A stretch of DNA of 64,000 bases from Mobula birostris (taxonomy: Eukaryota). The notes beneath the pieces are model-generated. The model made no database searches. It was given only the letters and a program-made list of their open reading frames with translations, and had not been told where the DNA came from. Shown here piece by piece: positions 39,750-52,373 of the stretch. Each line of letters starts with the position of its first letter. Position 1 is the first letter of the stretch. The position numbers were made by a program, and so were the translations under genes. The stretch spans positions 115,842,221 to 115,906,220 of the forward strand of contig NC_092370.1 in assembly GCF_030028105.1 (NCBI RefSeq), written 5' to 3'.

Positions 39750-42000
39750 AAGGAGACTGACAGTGAATTACTGGGCTGTTAATCAATATATTGACAAGCT
39801 AGCCCTGCGAGTGGCAGATCCATCAACTATTTTTAATGTCATGAAGCCATCACACAAGTTGTTTACAGTTATTGACATGGCCAATGGATTCTAGACTGTA
39901 CACCTGGCGTCTGAATATCAACCGTGGTTAGCTTTCACAGTTGATGGTCAACAATACCAGTGGATGAGGCTACCACAAGGGCTCCACAACAATCCCACTG
40001 TCTATCACATGGCTTTGAGACAACATCTGAGGGACTTATCAGCCATTGATTTGACTATCGTACAATATGTGGACGATGTCCTGATTGTATCCGAAGTTGC
40101 AGACCAGCATGAACATGCGATTTATTTGCTCAATTTTCTACCCTCCAAGGATCATAAAGCAAATCTAGGCAAGGAGAAGTATTTTGGATGGGGCAGAAAA
40201 TTTCCCAAGATAAGCAGGAAATCACTGAGGGTCATGCAAAAGCCAATAAGACAGCAACACCACCTGTAATAGTCCAGCAACTCTGATCATTTTTGGGTTT
40301 GTGTAAATACGGCATAGCATGGATCAATTCATATGCTGAAATTGTCCAACCATTCAACGATCTGCTGAAAGGCAGTAAGTGCTCAGACCACCCTATGATC
40401 TTAATAAAGAACAACTTTCAAGATGCATTTCAAACTTTAAAGGTGATATTGAGTACTGCACCTGCATTATGAATCCCTGATACAGGCAAACCATTTACCC
40501 TGTATGTCAATGAGAGACAGATGATGGCAGTTTTAACTCAATAACAAGGAGACCAACATTGTTTTTGTTGGTTATTACTTTGCCAAAGATCTGATTTTGT
40601 ACACCGATGGCTCCTCAATGATTGGGAGGGAACTTGAATGGCTGGATGCCCAATCAAGAATGGTCAACTAGTATAAGAGCACATGAATGTCATAGAATTG
40701 TCTTCAGGAATAGCTGTATTAAAATGAAAAAGCCACTCCAAAATGATTTCAATGAAAAGTTATGGAAATGCATTTGTGGATGAGATTGCCAAAAGGACAG
40801 CACGGGAAGGGGTAAAAGAAATAAAAGAAATTTTAAAAAGTTCAAATAATTAAATGAAGTACTGAAAACATATGCAGTAAATTTGACAACTGAAATTATG
40901 GAAGCTAAGTTACAAGATATTTGAGAGATGCAAGCTCAATTCTCCAAACAAGAAATTTCGTTCTGGATGGAAAATGGTGGAAGGTTCAACTGTGATGGAG
41001 CACGGAGATGTGGCACTATCATAGTCTAGTAGCTCCAACTACATTGCTTCCTTATCTGGCACAGCAGGTACAATACACTGCCTAGGGACACGTTGGAGAG
41101 GAAAAGATTATCAACAGGTTCTCCCAATGGTGGTGGAATCCAAAATGCAGAGCACGAGCTCGATAAATGTTTGAAAGATGCATGACATGCCAGAAAACAA
41201 ATCCTGGAGAAGTGGGAATGCTACCACAATTAACTATTCTTGTCCAACCTGGTCCATTTATATACTTAGAAATGGACTACGTTATTTTTCCTAAGTGTCA
41301 AGGATACTCTGATGCACTGGTAATAGTGGACAAGTTGACAAGTTTTCAAGATAGGTGAAAGCTATTCCAGAAAGTTACACACAGCAAAAACTCTGATCAA
41401 GGACTCTATTCCTGGATGGGGATTGCTATGTCACATCAGCTCTGATCAAAGAACACATTACACTGGGAATGTTTGTCAGGAATTATGTTGAATGATGAAC
41501 ATTGAATGGTCTTTTCATTGTCCACATCATCTAGAATCATGAGGACAAGTTGAACAAATGAATGGAACCATCAAACAATGGCTAATTACCATGAAGAAGG
41601 CGTACCATGGCCTATGACTCTTCCTATGGTCTTATATAGCATCAGAGCAACCCCAACAGGAAAACTAAATTAAGTCCATTCAATAAAGTAACAGGGCATT
41701 CTATGACACTGCCGGGAGCTCTTGATCTCAGGGAGGCTGATATACACAGTACGCAGACAGTTTATCAACTGTTGTGTGAAATTAACCCTAGATGTCCAGT
41801 CTGCTTCTCAACAGGTTTCCATCACTTGGAGTGATCCAAGAGGAGGAGGACACACCCTGGGTCCTGAGTAGGAAACTGCATAAGTAACCAATGGAAGGCT
41901 GATGGGAAGGTCCTTATCAAGTGCTGTTAATGACTAACTCGGTGGTGAAAGTATAAGGTAAAAATAAGTGAATACATAACAGCCACTACAAGCGAGCTAA
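39750..42000 (+). pseudogene. ERV pol relic (RT, RNase H, integrase)
   Basis: RT: RLTVNYWAVN, FTVIDMANGF*, AFTVDGQQYQWMRLPQG, QYVDDVLI. RNase H: YTDGSS (~40600). Integrase: H..GH...CMTCQKTNPG, PGPF..LEMDY, SSDQRTHYTG, GQVEQMNGTIK, WEGPYQVLL. Confidence 0.92.
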
Positions 42001-42128
42001 GGTTGTATCCAATAAGGATAATTAACCTGTGGTTAATGTGCCAGTAACCTTCAACTCAGTGTCTATACAGTGAGCAAATCACTAACCAGCCAGAAGACCT
42101 CAAACAGAGTCCACAACTACAGGACATT

Positions 42129-43830
42129 ATGAAGTTTATTCTAATATTATTTGTTGTTATATTTTTGCCAATTTCTCCCATTCACAATGTGCCAATTGAG
42201 ATCACTCATAATGTATACTTACAAAATATCATATGAATTTGCTGATGCTGTTAATGCCTCTAGCTGTTGGGTATGTCAATATATACCACACACTTCTAGT
42301 CATATAAACACTTTGGCTACCAGAGCAGGTCAAAGGCTAGGAATCCTGCAGCATGTTACTTACCTCCTGACTCCCCAAAGCCTGTTCACCATCTACAAGG
42401 TTCAGGTCAGGAGTGCAATTGAATACTCACCACTCACCTGGATGAGTGCAGTTCCATCAAGACTCAAGAAGCTTGACACCATCCAGTCCAAGGCAACATA
42501 CTTGATTGATATCTCTTCCACAAGCATCCAATCCCACCAACGACAAACAGTTGCAGCAGTGTCTACTATCTACAAGATGTACTGCAACAACACACAAAAG
42601 TTCCTAAGCTAGCACCTTCCAGACCCACGACCATTACCATCTAGAAGGATGAGAACAGCAGATACTTGGGAACACCACCACTTTGAAATCCCCTTCCAAG
42701 TCACTCACCATCCTGACTTGGAAACATATTGCCTACACCTCAGGGACTGCAGCAGTTATGGGCAATAAATGCTGGCTTATCTGGCGATACCCATATCCCC
42801 TAAATGAAAAAAAAAATAAATCACCAATGCTAAGCATTCCTACAGATCCAGAACATGCACCCTCTTTCTTAAGCAAAGTTCATTATCATAATCCAGTAAT
42901 GGCAATATTAGTATTAAGATGATTAATTACTCTCAAGGGAGTCACAATTATACGTTGATTATGCCCCCTATATACTGTCTTGAACGATCATTTATGTAAA
43001 TATAATCAGCATGATTTAGGGAATCATATCATATCTCACCCTACTGTTTGCGATAAAGCTATTCAGGTATTCGCTATAAAAGTTACCTTTTGCTTGAGTT
43101 CAGTAGGTACCATTCCAGTAGGACATAGTTCATGCAATTATACTTTACATTGTACTAAATGAGGTAATGACTCTGGAATATTCATTGACAATATCCATCA
43201 GAAAAATATTTCAATTCAACAAGGCTTCTGTCAAGTAATAACAAATGGTATAAATTCATGAAATAATATTCTTTATGTGTGGAAATGAGGTTGATTCCTC
43301 TCTACCACATAATTAGTTAGGATCTTATTATTTGGGGTATGTCTTTCCTGCTTTGAGATATATACAGACTTCATCTTTACCTCCTAAGTCTAGAAATAAA
43401 CAAGACATTTCAGAAGAAGCTAGTTTGCAAGGAGTATAAGAGAGGTTAAAAATGTTGTTGTGGCTTTAGAAAGGGGAACGAATGACTTCTGATGACTTCA
43501 GAAAGTAGCAACAGAAATAGTCACCATGCGCAAGATGGTTCTTTAAAATTGTAGGGCATTAGATCTTCTCTTAGAAGTTATGGGGGAGAGGAACATGTGC
43601 AAGGAGTGTTGTACTTACATAACTGATGAGTCTGAAGACATAACTGATTTGGCTGATCATATTTGTAAAGAAGCAGCTAAAATACATCAATCTGGTGGAA
43701 GGGATTTCTTTGGCTAGATTCATTTAAATCTAGGAAACTGGGGCTACTCATTATTGCAAGTCATATTATTTGTCTTGATATGCTTTATCATAATTTACAT
43801 CTTTTTTACTTGTAAAGGGTGATCATTAAT
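42129..43830 (+). pseudogene. ERV env relic, gamma-type
   Basis: Hydrophobic leader MKFILILFVVIFLP, CWVC motif, FFMCGNE..LP.N*LGS..LGYVFP, decayed furin site RNKQ/D, ISD-like MRKMVL*NCRALDLLL, ECCTYI and a TM anchor LLQVILFVLICFIIIYIFF. Confidence 0.88.
42296..42820 (+). mobile_element. CR1/L2-group LINE 3' fragment inserted in env
   Basis: HINTLATRAGQRLGIL...TIYKVQVRSAIEYSPLTW...LDTIQ (RT thumb region) and an A-rich tail. Confidence 0.75.
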
Positions 43831-43931
43831 AGCGTAGTTCAAACTCATGTGAGTGTGCTTACTAATCAACCGAACGACATAACCCTATGAATACACTTCA
43901 ATATTTCCATAAGTGATGTAGTTTTTGATTA

Positions 43932-44067
43932 CAAACAAGCGAAAATCCACAAATGCTGGAAATCCAAGTAACACACATAAGATGCTGGAGGAACACAGCA
44001 GGCCAGGTGGCATCTATGGAAAAAGAGTATAGCTGATGTTTCAGGCCGGGACCCTTCATCAGGACTG
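43932..44067 (-). mobile_element. Penelope-like terminal repeat fragment with hammerhead motif
   Basis: Same family as the ends of the GIY-YIG element at 51420-52373. Minus strand reads CAGTC CTGATGA AGGGTCCCGGCCT GAAAC ATC. Confidence 0.75.
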
Positions 44068-44174
44068 ATTATTATAAACTTTCCGTAAATACCACAAGTT
44101 TATTTGCCTCTGAGTGTTCAAATTCTAAATGTGTGATTTAGAATCGGGAGTGGAGGGGGTGGTACTGGGGAAAG

Positions 44175-44586
44175 AATTGGATTAGACTCTATAATTGCTT
44201 TCTTTCCAGTTGACCTTTCCTATGTTTCCTTGTGTCTATCACCTGTGCATATGCAATTGTTTAGTGCATCCCCTAGTGGTTACAGTTTTGTGTCTTTCTG
44301 GAAACTTCTTCAGTATCGCAATATTTGAATAGGGTCTATCTTATTGGTTAACTCTTATCTACAAATCTGAATGGAATGCCTGTTATCTCTGGTTTTCAGA
44401 AGAGCAGAGCGTGTTGGCTCGCCATCTTTTTTTTCCCCCTTTCTTCTTTGTTCTTAGATTCTCACTACCTTTTCTTCCCGATCTTTGTTTTTTTTAGTGC
44501 TTAATAAACTATTGTGAAGCAACAAGTTCTATGCCTCATTCTTGACTTCCAAAAGAACCTTGGATCAAAAATATCAGCATCCAACA
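44175..44586 (+). repeat. ERV 3' LTR, preceded by a polypurine tract (GGGGAAAGAA)
   Basis: Homologous to 37084-37393, AATAAA near 44503, ends ATCCAACA. The 5' TG is mutated or lost. Confidence 0.88.
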
Positions 44587-45659
44587 AGTCACACCCAACC
44601 TTAATGGAAAAAGCCTGCTTGCATATACCCTATCTATACTCCTCATAATTTTGTATACCTCTATCAAATCTCCCCTCATTCTCCTACACTCCAGAGAATA
44701 AAGACCTAACCTATTAATCTATCCCTATAACTGAAGTCCTCAAGTCCCAATGACATCATTGTAAATGTTCTCTGTATTTTTTTCAATCTTATTAATATTT
44801 TTTCTGTAGGTAGGTGGCCAGAACAGCACACAATACTCCTAATTTTGCCTCACCGTCATTTACTGTAGAACTTCAACATAACATCCCAACACCTGTACTC
44901 AATACTCTATTTGACAACAACACAATAAAAGCTGTCCTTAAACCCGGTGTTATGTGCTTTCAGGCTTTTGTATCTTCTACCTGATGGGAGTGGGGAACAA
45001 AAACGAATGTCCAGCATGGTTGGGGTCTGTGATTATGCTGGCTTCTTTACTGAGGCAGCGAGAAGTATAGACAAAGTCCATGTACAGGAGGCTGGTTCCA
45101 ATCTAAGCTAGTCTGCATTTGGCCCATAAACCCTTCCTATCCATGCATCTGTCCAAATATCTATTAAATGTTATTATTGTACCTACTTCAAGTAATCCCT
45201 AAGCAGCTTATTTTGTATATACACACCACTCTCTGTAGTTGCTCCTTGGTCTTCTTTAAACCTTTCTTCTTTGACCTTAGAACTATGCCTTCTACAAATG
45301 TAGTTTGGGAATTTTTTTCCCTGGGAATTGCTATGTACTTTTTTATTTTCTCTTCAATCTACAATGCTACTTTTAAAAGCAAATGTGATGGTGTAGATAA
45401 ATTTGTTAGATTAAAACCAACATACTACTTCTTCTTCCCATCTTCTCCTCTCTGCACCATAAAACAAGCTTCTTTTCTCACTTTTCAGTTCTAATGAAGT
45501 GAGTGCTTCCAAGATTTTCAGGCTTGAAACAGATCCTTTACACAGCAACAACTTTACAGATTAAAAACCTAGTGTGATAGGAACACCTAACTATACTTAC
45601 CTGAACAAAAAGTTTTGCAAGATTAAAGCATATCACAGCAATAATTGTGTCAAAATAAT

Positions 45660-45665
45660 TTTATT
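45660..45665 (-). terminator. Candidate ENY2 polyadenylation signal (AATAAA)
   Basis: Plus-strand tttatt about 220 nt past the stop codon, in an AT-rich 3' UTR. Confidence 0.55.
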
Positions 45666-45883
45666 TCAACAAACATTTTTAAACATTGTCAGGAAAATTC
45701 ATGAGGGTGTGTAGAAAACCTACTTAGCTGAGAACGTAAAAAATGAAACATATCAAAAATTGACATGAAAGCACGTCACAAAAATAAAGATGTGAAACCT
45801 TAATTGGGAGCCATTTTAATGACTTATTTAATTCATGTTCTGAAATTAAAAAGAAATGGCAATGTAATTTGGTCATTTTAAGC

Positions 45884-45960
45884 TTAGAGACTGGCATGCT
45901 GAGAAAGGAAGGTCCTTATCCTCTGCAAAAGCTCCTTCTTCACACTGTCTGGCACCAGGG
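45884..45960 (-). CDS. ENY2: ENY2 last coding exon
   Basis: [25 protein letters not shown] with TAA at 45886-45884. Total protein 96 aa. Confidence 0.97.
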
Positions 45961-47069
45961 CTGAAAGAAAAACAAGCACGTCTGAAACAGAGATCTTTTA
46001 AATAAAGGCCAAACCAACGAACGAGTCGTCACGGTTTTATCTTGGAATCAAATTATTTTAAATTTTAGAAGTAGAAACCTTTGAAATATCTATATTTGAC
46101 TGTCATAACATAAATGTGGACAGCAGGGAATTATTGTGCACTATCTCACCCATCATCTGTAGGCTCTAGAGTGATAATGGAATTGGCTGCAATGTTTGAT
46201 TCAAAACCAATGCAGCAATGGATTAAGACTAGGTTCCTTTAACCGTGTAACATTAATTCAAATTCAAGTTTATTACCATGCAATAGGGTTTTTTAAGAGA
46301 CTCTTGGATAGGTACCCTGAGCCAAAGACTCTGAATGACATGGCCTGATGATTGACAAGTATGTGTCGCATGTTTATGTAAGACAGTATAATGTTACTGA
46401 CACTATAAAAAATAGTATAGATGTGTGAAGCAGCAAAGTTCAAAGTACAAAGTATATACAACCTTGCTATCATCTCCTTACAAACAGCACAAAACAAAGA
46501 AACCCACATGGACCCATTACAAAGACCGACAAATACCCAATGTGCCCCAAAAAAGAACAAATTGTGCAAATAAAAAGTAACATTCAGAACTAGAGTTCAT
46601 GAAGGTGAGTTCACAGCCGTGAACCAATAAAAGGTGAAAAGTGACCAGTGCAGGAGAGTGTGTCTTTGAGTTGGGCAGTGAGGGTGGGGTATGTGGCAGA
46701 ACATTCATTCAGATAACTCAAGAGCACGGGCTCTCATATGTTTGGCTTTGAGATGGGAATGGAAATCAATTAATTAGGCAGGGTCATCCAAAAAATTGTG
46801 AGCAGCATTATTTAGAGAAAAGGAGTTGCGTTAATGTCAATCATGCAATAGATCCAGAATGAAAACTGTAAGCTCCCTGCTTCTTTTCTCAAATTACCCT
46901 CCTTCTTCCTACCACTGTGAAAGACAGCAGCAACAGGCCAGAAGTTCAAGGGCCATGGACAGGCATGTTAGTATGGTAATTGAAATCGGTGGCTATTGGG
47001 AGGTCCTGGCTGTTCTGGTGGATGGAGTCAGGAGGCAGAAACGAGTATAGTCGCCATTACTGAGGTGAA

Positions 47070-48015
47070 GGTACTTGGAGGCTGAAAGGTCTGAAGGTAG
47101 ATAAGCAACCTGGACTGGAAGGACTATAGCCCAGGGTTGTGAAAGACGTAGATGAAGAGATTGCAGAGGCATTAGTAGTAATCTTTCGAGAATCACCAGA
47201 TTCTGCAATAGTTATAGAGGACTACAAAGCTGTAAATGTCATCCCACTTTTTAAAGAAAGTAAGAAGTTGGTATTCCATTACTTTTCATGTTATCTGGTT
47301 GAAGGAATTGATGGCTTTGTGGCCAAGTTTGCAGATGACACAAAGATAGGGAGAGGGGCAGGTAGTGTCAATGGAGCAAAGAGTTTGCAGAAGGACTTAG
47401 GCAGATTAGGAGGATGAGCAAAGAAGCGGCAGATGGAATACAGTGTAGGCAAATGCATGGTCATTCACTTTGGTAGAAGGAATAAAAGCATAGCATATTT
47501 TCTAAATAGGTAACAAATTCTGAAATCAGAGGTGCAAAGGGACTTGGGAGTTCTAGTGCAGAATTCGCTAAAGGTTAACATAAGCTGAGTTGGCAGTAAG
47601 GAAGGCAAATGCAATGTTAGCATTCATTTCTAGAGGACTAGAATATAATAATAAAGGTGTAACATTATAGTTGATAAGCCATTGGTCAGACCATATTTGA
47701 AGTATTATAGGTGGTTGTGAGCCCCATGTCTCAGGAAGGATTTCTGTCGGCATTGGAGAGTCCAGAGGTTTATGAGAATGATCCTGGAAATGAAAGGGTT
47801 AATGAATGAAGAGCATTTGATGGCTCTGAGACTGTACTCACTGGAGTTTAAAAGAATGAAGGGTATTGCATTGAAAACTATGGAATATTGAAAGGTCTGG
47901 ATAGAATGGACATGGAGTAAAAATTCTCAGTACTGTAGTTGGAGTCTAGGATCAGATGGTATAGCCTCAGAATAGAAAGGCACCCCTCTGGAACAGAGAT
48001 GAGGAGGAACTTCTT
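47070..48015 (+). mobile_element. Internally deleted CR1 fragment in the last ENY2 intron
   Basis: EIAEALVVIF...NVIPLFK is joined directly to VAKFADDTKIG and downstream CR1 3' sequence. Confidence 0.8.
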
Positions 48016-49699
48016 CTAAAAAAAATTTTTAAAAATCTGACCTAACCTTGATCAGCATACATTTTCATCATTTAGTATTGGAACATAGTGACCCAAGACA
48101 AATTAAAAGCTCTGTTCCTCTATGGATAAAAACGTTGCTAAGTCTCAAAGAAGGGGTGGATTAATAACTTTCATAGAAAGCAGAGCAGTAGCATTCCCAA
48201 GGATCTTAATGATTTGATTTATGTAAATAGTTTTGGTCATTGTCATGAGATTGTTTAAATTGAATTTTGCTGATTTCTACCAGATATAGCATATTAATCA
48301 ATTTATAGGATACAGCAAGCTGATTAGCAATGTACAGATTCAATTCAATGTATGGAGCAATTATGTAGTATACAAAGAGAAAATTAAAAAAAAAAATCGA
48401 AATTATTCATAAATAGTACATTTTAAGTAGTCACCAGAGTACAGGCATGTTTTGCAACTCGATATGCGCAGTGGGTGGGGCTATGTACAGCATAACTATG
48501 TTGAAGCTATGACAAGACCACCGTAGAGAATAGAATGCTGCAGCATCCTGAGGCAGGAAGGGCACAATCAGGATATCTAAAAGAGGGGTAGGTTTCCTAG
48601 GGGTCAAAAATAGTACAGTAGAAGGGTTTTACACACTCAGTGCGTAAAGGCTTATCAAATGGAACTCTGTTCTACTTGTGTTATTTATATTTTTTGTGTA
48701 AATATTGCTCATATGATGTGATGTGCCCATGATGCTGCTGAAAGTAAGTTTCTCATTGCACCTGTGCATATGACAATAAACTTGCCTTTGACTATAAATT
48801 ATAATTGGATGAACGACCTATTTACTCTGCGAGTTAATATCCAGCTCACCCATCACTCATTGGCGTCACAAAGCAAATTTGGCATTCTGCCTCCCTGACT
48901 TTCATTGAAAAGTTTGATACATCTGGGTAAAGTCCTTAATGGCTTCACCTACTCACCTTTATCTATCAGGCAAACAGCTCTAGGACACAAAACTTGTATC
49001 CAAATATTTTTATTTCATTGATAGCCAGCTTGCTAGCTGGCTTAGTCCTACATTTTACAATTCTCTCCTTAAACTTCTCTACCTCTTTATCTTGCATCAC
49101 CTGGCACAGGGAGATTTAGGTCTCATTCATTTTTATTCTGAATGAAGTTTGGACTTTTGGTTCCTACATTAAAATATACAATATCGATGCTATTAATTGT
49201 CATTGTTGATGTACTCAATTTGTTTCAAATTAGATTTGCAAAGCTAAAGAAAGAATACATTTTTATAACCTTCTAGGAAAAGGGCATTTTAGGCATTGTC
49301 ACAGTACAGTACCATGTGGCTAGCGTACACCATTACAGCTCGGCTGTTGGAGTACAGTTCCAGACTTCAAACGTCCTCTGAAGTGAATGTGTGGGTATCC
49401 TCTGGGTGTTCCGATTTTCTCCCACAGTCCAAAGACCTATCAGTTAGTAAGTTAATTGGTCATTGTAAATTGCTCTGTGATTAGGCTAGTGTTACATAGA
49501 TGTGTTGCTGGGCGCTGTTGCTCTTGGGGCCGAAATGGCCTATTCCATGCTGTGTCTCTAAACAAAATAAAATAAATAAATACAACTATTCCAAAGAATG
49601 AATCCCAAAACAGATCCACAGACTAAATCAGGAAGTGATGTTGTAGATTTGCTTATACTTGTGATTAATCTTGCTCCATATAAATGAACACATACAGAC

Positions 49700-49774
49700 C
49701 TCTTCCTTTTGGAGTTATTTCTGCCACCAAATCATCTACCGTCACGTGTTCCAGTCCTTTTTCCCTGATCACAT
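49700..49774 (-). CDS. ENY2: ENY2 third coding exon
   Basis: [25 protein letters not shown], 75 nt, gtag acceptor and gtctgt donor. Confidence 0.97.
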
Positions 49775-51419
49775 CTACAACAGATGAGGAAAGCAATTTC
49801 AAAATCACGACAGAAAGCTTTTGTCAAAATTAGGTTGCAAATGAGTCTCTCAACATTCATCTCAAAGCTTCAGACTTTACACTACTGAAATCCAATGGGT
49901 TGATTACAATTACTTCACATTACTGAGCATCTGTATATGACAGGAAAGGTTTAAGGGGGATAGGCGCCAAATGCAGATAAATGGGATTAACACAAATATA
50001 TTAGCACCTTGGTTGGCAGGGATGAGTTAGGCCGGAGGGCCAGTTCCATGTTGTATAACTCTATGACTGTACGTTCTAGTTTAGTTTCTAAAATTCTATA
50101 ATATTCCCTGTTGTTTTACATTACAGCAATTTATCACTGATTTTGCTCATCAAATGGATCCAACAATGGCAAATTTCGTAACGAAAATTATAAGTGCATA
50201 TGGTAATAAATTCCAGTAACAGATCCAGCAAACCTGCTTTTAGAACTGAACCTAGTAAAACCCTGGCATATCTGAAAAACAGCCCATAATGGTAATATCT
50301 TTCTACAGTCAAGAAGAGCTACTGCTCTGCCAAAAATTCCCTTAAAGAAAACTGCTCTGATGGGATATTATGCTCAAACAGCCCACGTGTTCGCTGAGAC
50401 CACCAAGTGGTCTCTTTTGTGCTTTGAAGTTTTGGTTGATCTTGAATTTAAATCTTACCCTCAGTACAAGTCCTCTCCCTATTAATTACAGAATTTAGAT
50501 ACATTACCACTGATTAAGATGCATTTAGACAGGCATGTGAACAGGCAAGGAATGGAGGAATATATTGTACTGTAGCTCATGTTCAGGCAGATAGGATTTG
50601 CTTAAATTGGCATCATGGACGGCGCAGACTGAAGGGTCTTTTCGTGCGTTGTACTGCTTTATTCAATACGCGATAAAATAGACTCTTCACAACATTGCTA
50701 TCACAGAAACATACAAAGTCTACTGGAGTGCATTTCTGGCACCATCTGTGGAGGCAAAGGCAGAATCAACATGTTGGGTTTTGAGCCTCCATTAGAGTTG
50801 AGAGTATAAAGGGGAGACAGCCAGTATAAGGTGTTTTGTCGGGGCGGGGGGGGAAACAGCTAGGTATCCATGTGAGGAGGAGTTGATGTGCAAATGGAGC
50901 CAGGTGGATGGGGTGGGGGAGTTGGAGATAGTGACAAAGGCTGGGATGTGATAGTGGAGATTTTGAGGGGCTGGAGATTAGGAAATCTGAAAAGAAAAGA
51001 AGGTGGTGATTGGGTCCAGAGAAGTGAAGGATGTTGAGCAGTTGGGGAAGGGGGAGGGAAAGAGGTATTGTGTAGGTAAAGTGTGTGCGTGGTAGACAGA
51101 GGAACTAGGTGGAGGAGGAAACACAGGGAGCTGGGATAGGGGAAAGAAGGGGATGAGTGAGAGGACCTGGGTGGATTAAAAGGATATAGAAAGGAATGGA
51201 GGGGTGTGTGGGTTACCAGAAATTGATTGATTCAATGTTCATACGATTAAGTTACTGTCCAGACTACCTGCAGGGGACAGAAAGAAAAGAACAAATCAGG
51301 GATCACAGAGAGTGCCCCCAGCTCAAAGCAGAAAGGTCTGGGGAGGGGAAGACGTGGCTGGTGGCGGCGGCATCATATGCAGCTGACAGAAATAATGAAG
51401 AATGACTAAGCTTTTGCCT

Positions 51420-52373
51420 CTTCACAAACAGGAGAAAATCTGCAGAAGCTGGAAATCCAAGCAACACACACACACAAAATGCTGGAGGAACTCAGTAGGC
51501 CAGGCAGCACCTATGGAAAAGAGTACAGTTGATGTTCCGGGCTGAGACCCTTCAGCAGGAGAGAAAAAAAAGCTGAGTAAATTTAAAAGGTGGTGGGAGG
51601 GGAGAGAGAAACACAAGGTGATAGGTGAAACCTGAAGGGGGAGGGATGAAGTAAAGAACTAGAAAGTTGATTGGTGAAAGAGCTACAGGGCTGGAGAAGG
51701 GGGAGACTGATAGGACAGATGGCCATGGAAGAAAGTGGGTGGGAGAAGCATCAGAGGGAGGCTATGAGTGGGCAAGGAAATAAGGTGAGAGAGGGAAAGG
51801 AGATGGTGAAGGAGAGGAACAGGGCATTATCGGAAGTTTGAGAAATCGATGTTTATGCCATCAGGTTCAAATAAAGTTGTTCTTCCTCCAACCTGATGGC
51901 CCCATCACGACAGTGGAGGAGGCCATGGATAGACATATCAGAATGGGAAGTGGAATTAAAATGAGTGGACACAGAGAGATCCCGCTTTTCCTGGCGGATG
52001 GAGCGTAGGTGCTCTGCGAAGCGATCTCCCAATCTATATCAGGTCTCTCCGATATACAGGAGACCACAATGGGTGCACCAGACACAGAATATGACCCCAA
52101 CAGACTCACAAGTGAAGTGTCGCCTCACTTGGAAGGACTGTTTGGGGCCCTGAATAGTAGTGAGGGAGGAGGTTTTAGGGCAGGTGTAGCACTTGTTCCG
52201 CTTGCAAGGATAAGTGCCAGGAGGGAGATCATTGCGGAGAGATGAATCGTCTCTCCCCAGTGATCTCCCTCCTGGCACTTATCCTTGCAAGTGGAACAAA
52301 TGCTACACCTGTCTCTACCTCTTTTCCATAGATGCTACCTGGCTTGCTGAGTTCCTCCGGCATTGTGTGTGTG
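51420..52373 (-). mobile_element. 5'-truncated Penelope-like element with GIY-YIG endonuclease relic, in an ENY2 intron
   Basis: PGTYPCKRNKCYTC...HFTCESVGVIFCVWCTHCGLLYIGET, inverted 5' segment, and a 12-bp duplication AAGCTTTTGCCT (51408-51419 and 52374-52385). Appears nested in an older Penelope relic (~50700-52470). Confidence 0.85.

Larger units (their letters stand above)
37084..44586 (+). mobile_element. Decayed endogenous retrovirus (LTR, PBS, partial gag-like region, pol, env, PPT, LTR)
   Basis: TGTTGGAT...ATCCAACA termini, AGTC duplication (37080-37083 and 44587-44590), two homologous LTRs, and RT/RNase H/integrase/env motifs broken by stops and frameshifts. Confidence 0.92.
36808..44910 (-). 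mobile_element. CR1 3' fragment split by the ERV (pieces ~36808-37083 and ~44591-44910)
   Basis: The two sides of the AGTC duplication join into continuous antisense CR1 3'-end sequence (...tttctagtc|acacccaacc...ggaaaaagcctg...ctatcaaatctcccctc). Confidence 0.75.

Noticed and set aside
42151-42612. 153-aa ORF joining env CWVC sequence to LINE RT sequence
   Set aside because: A chance in-frame junction between a decayed env and an inserted LINE fragment. It starts at TTG and is out of frame with the env signal peptide.
42129-43830. Possible domesticated env (syncytin-like) gene
   Set aside because: Multiple stops (one in the ISD), frameshifts, a mutated furin site and a LINE insertion.
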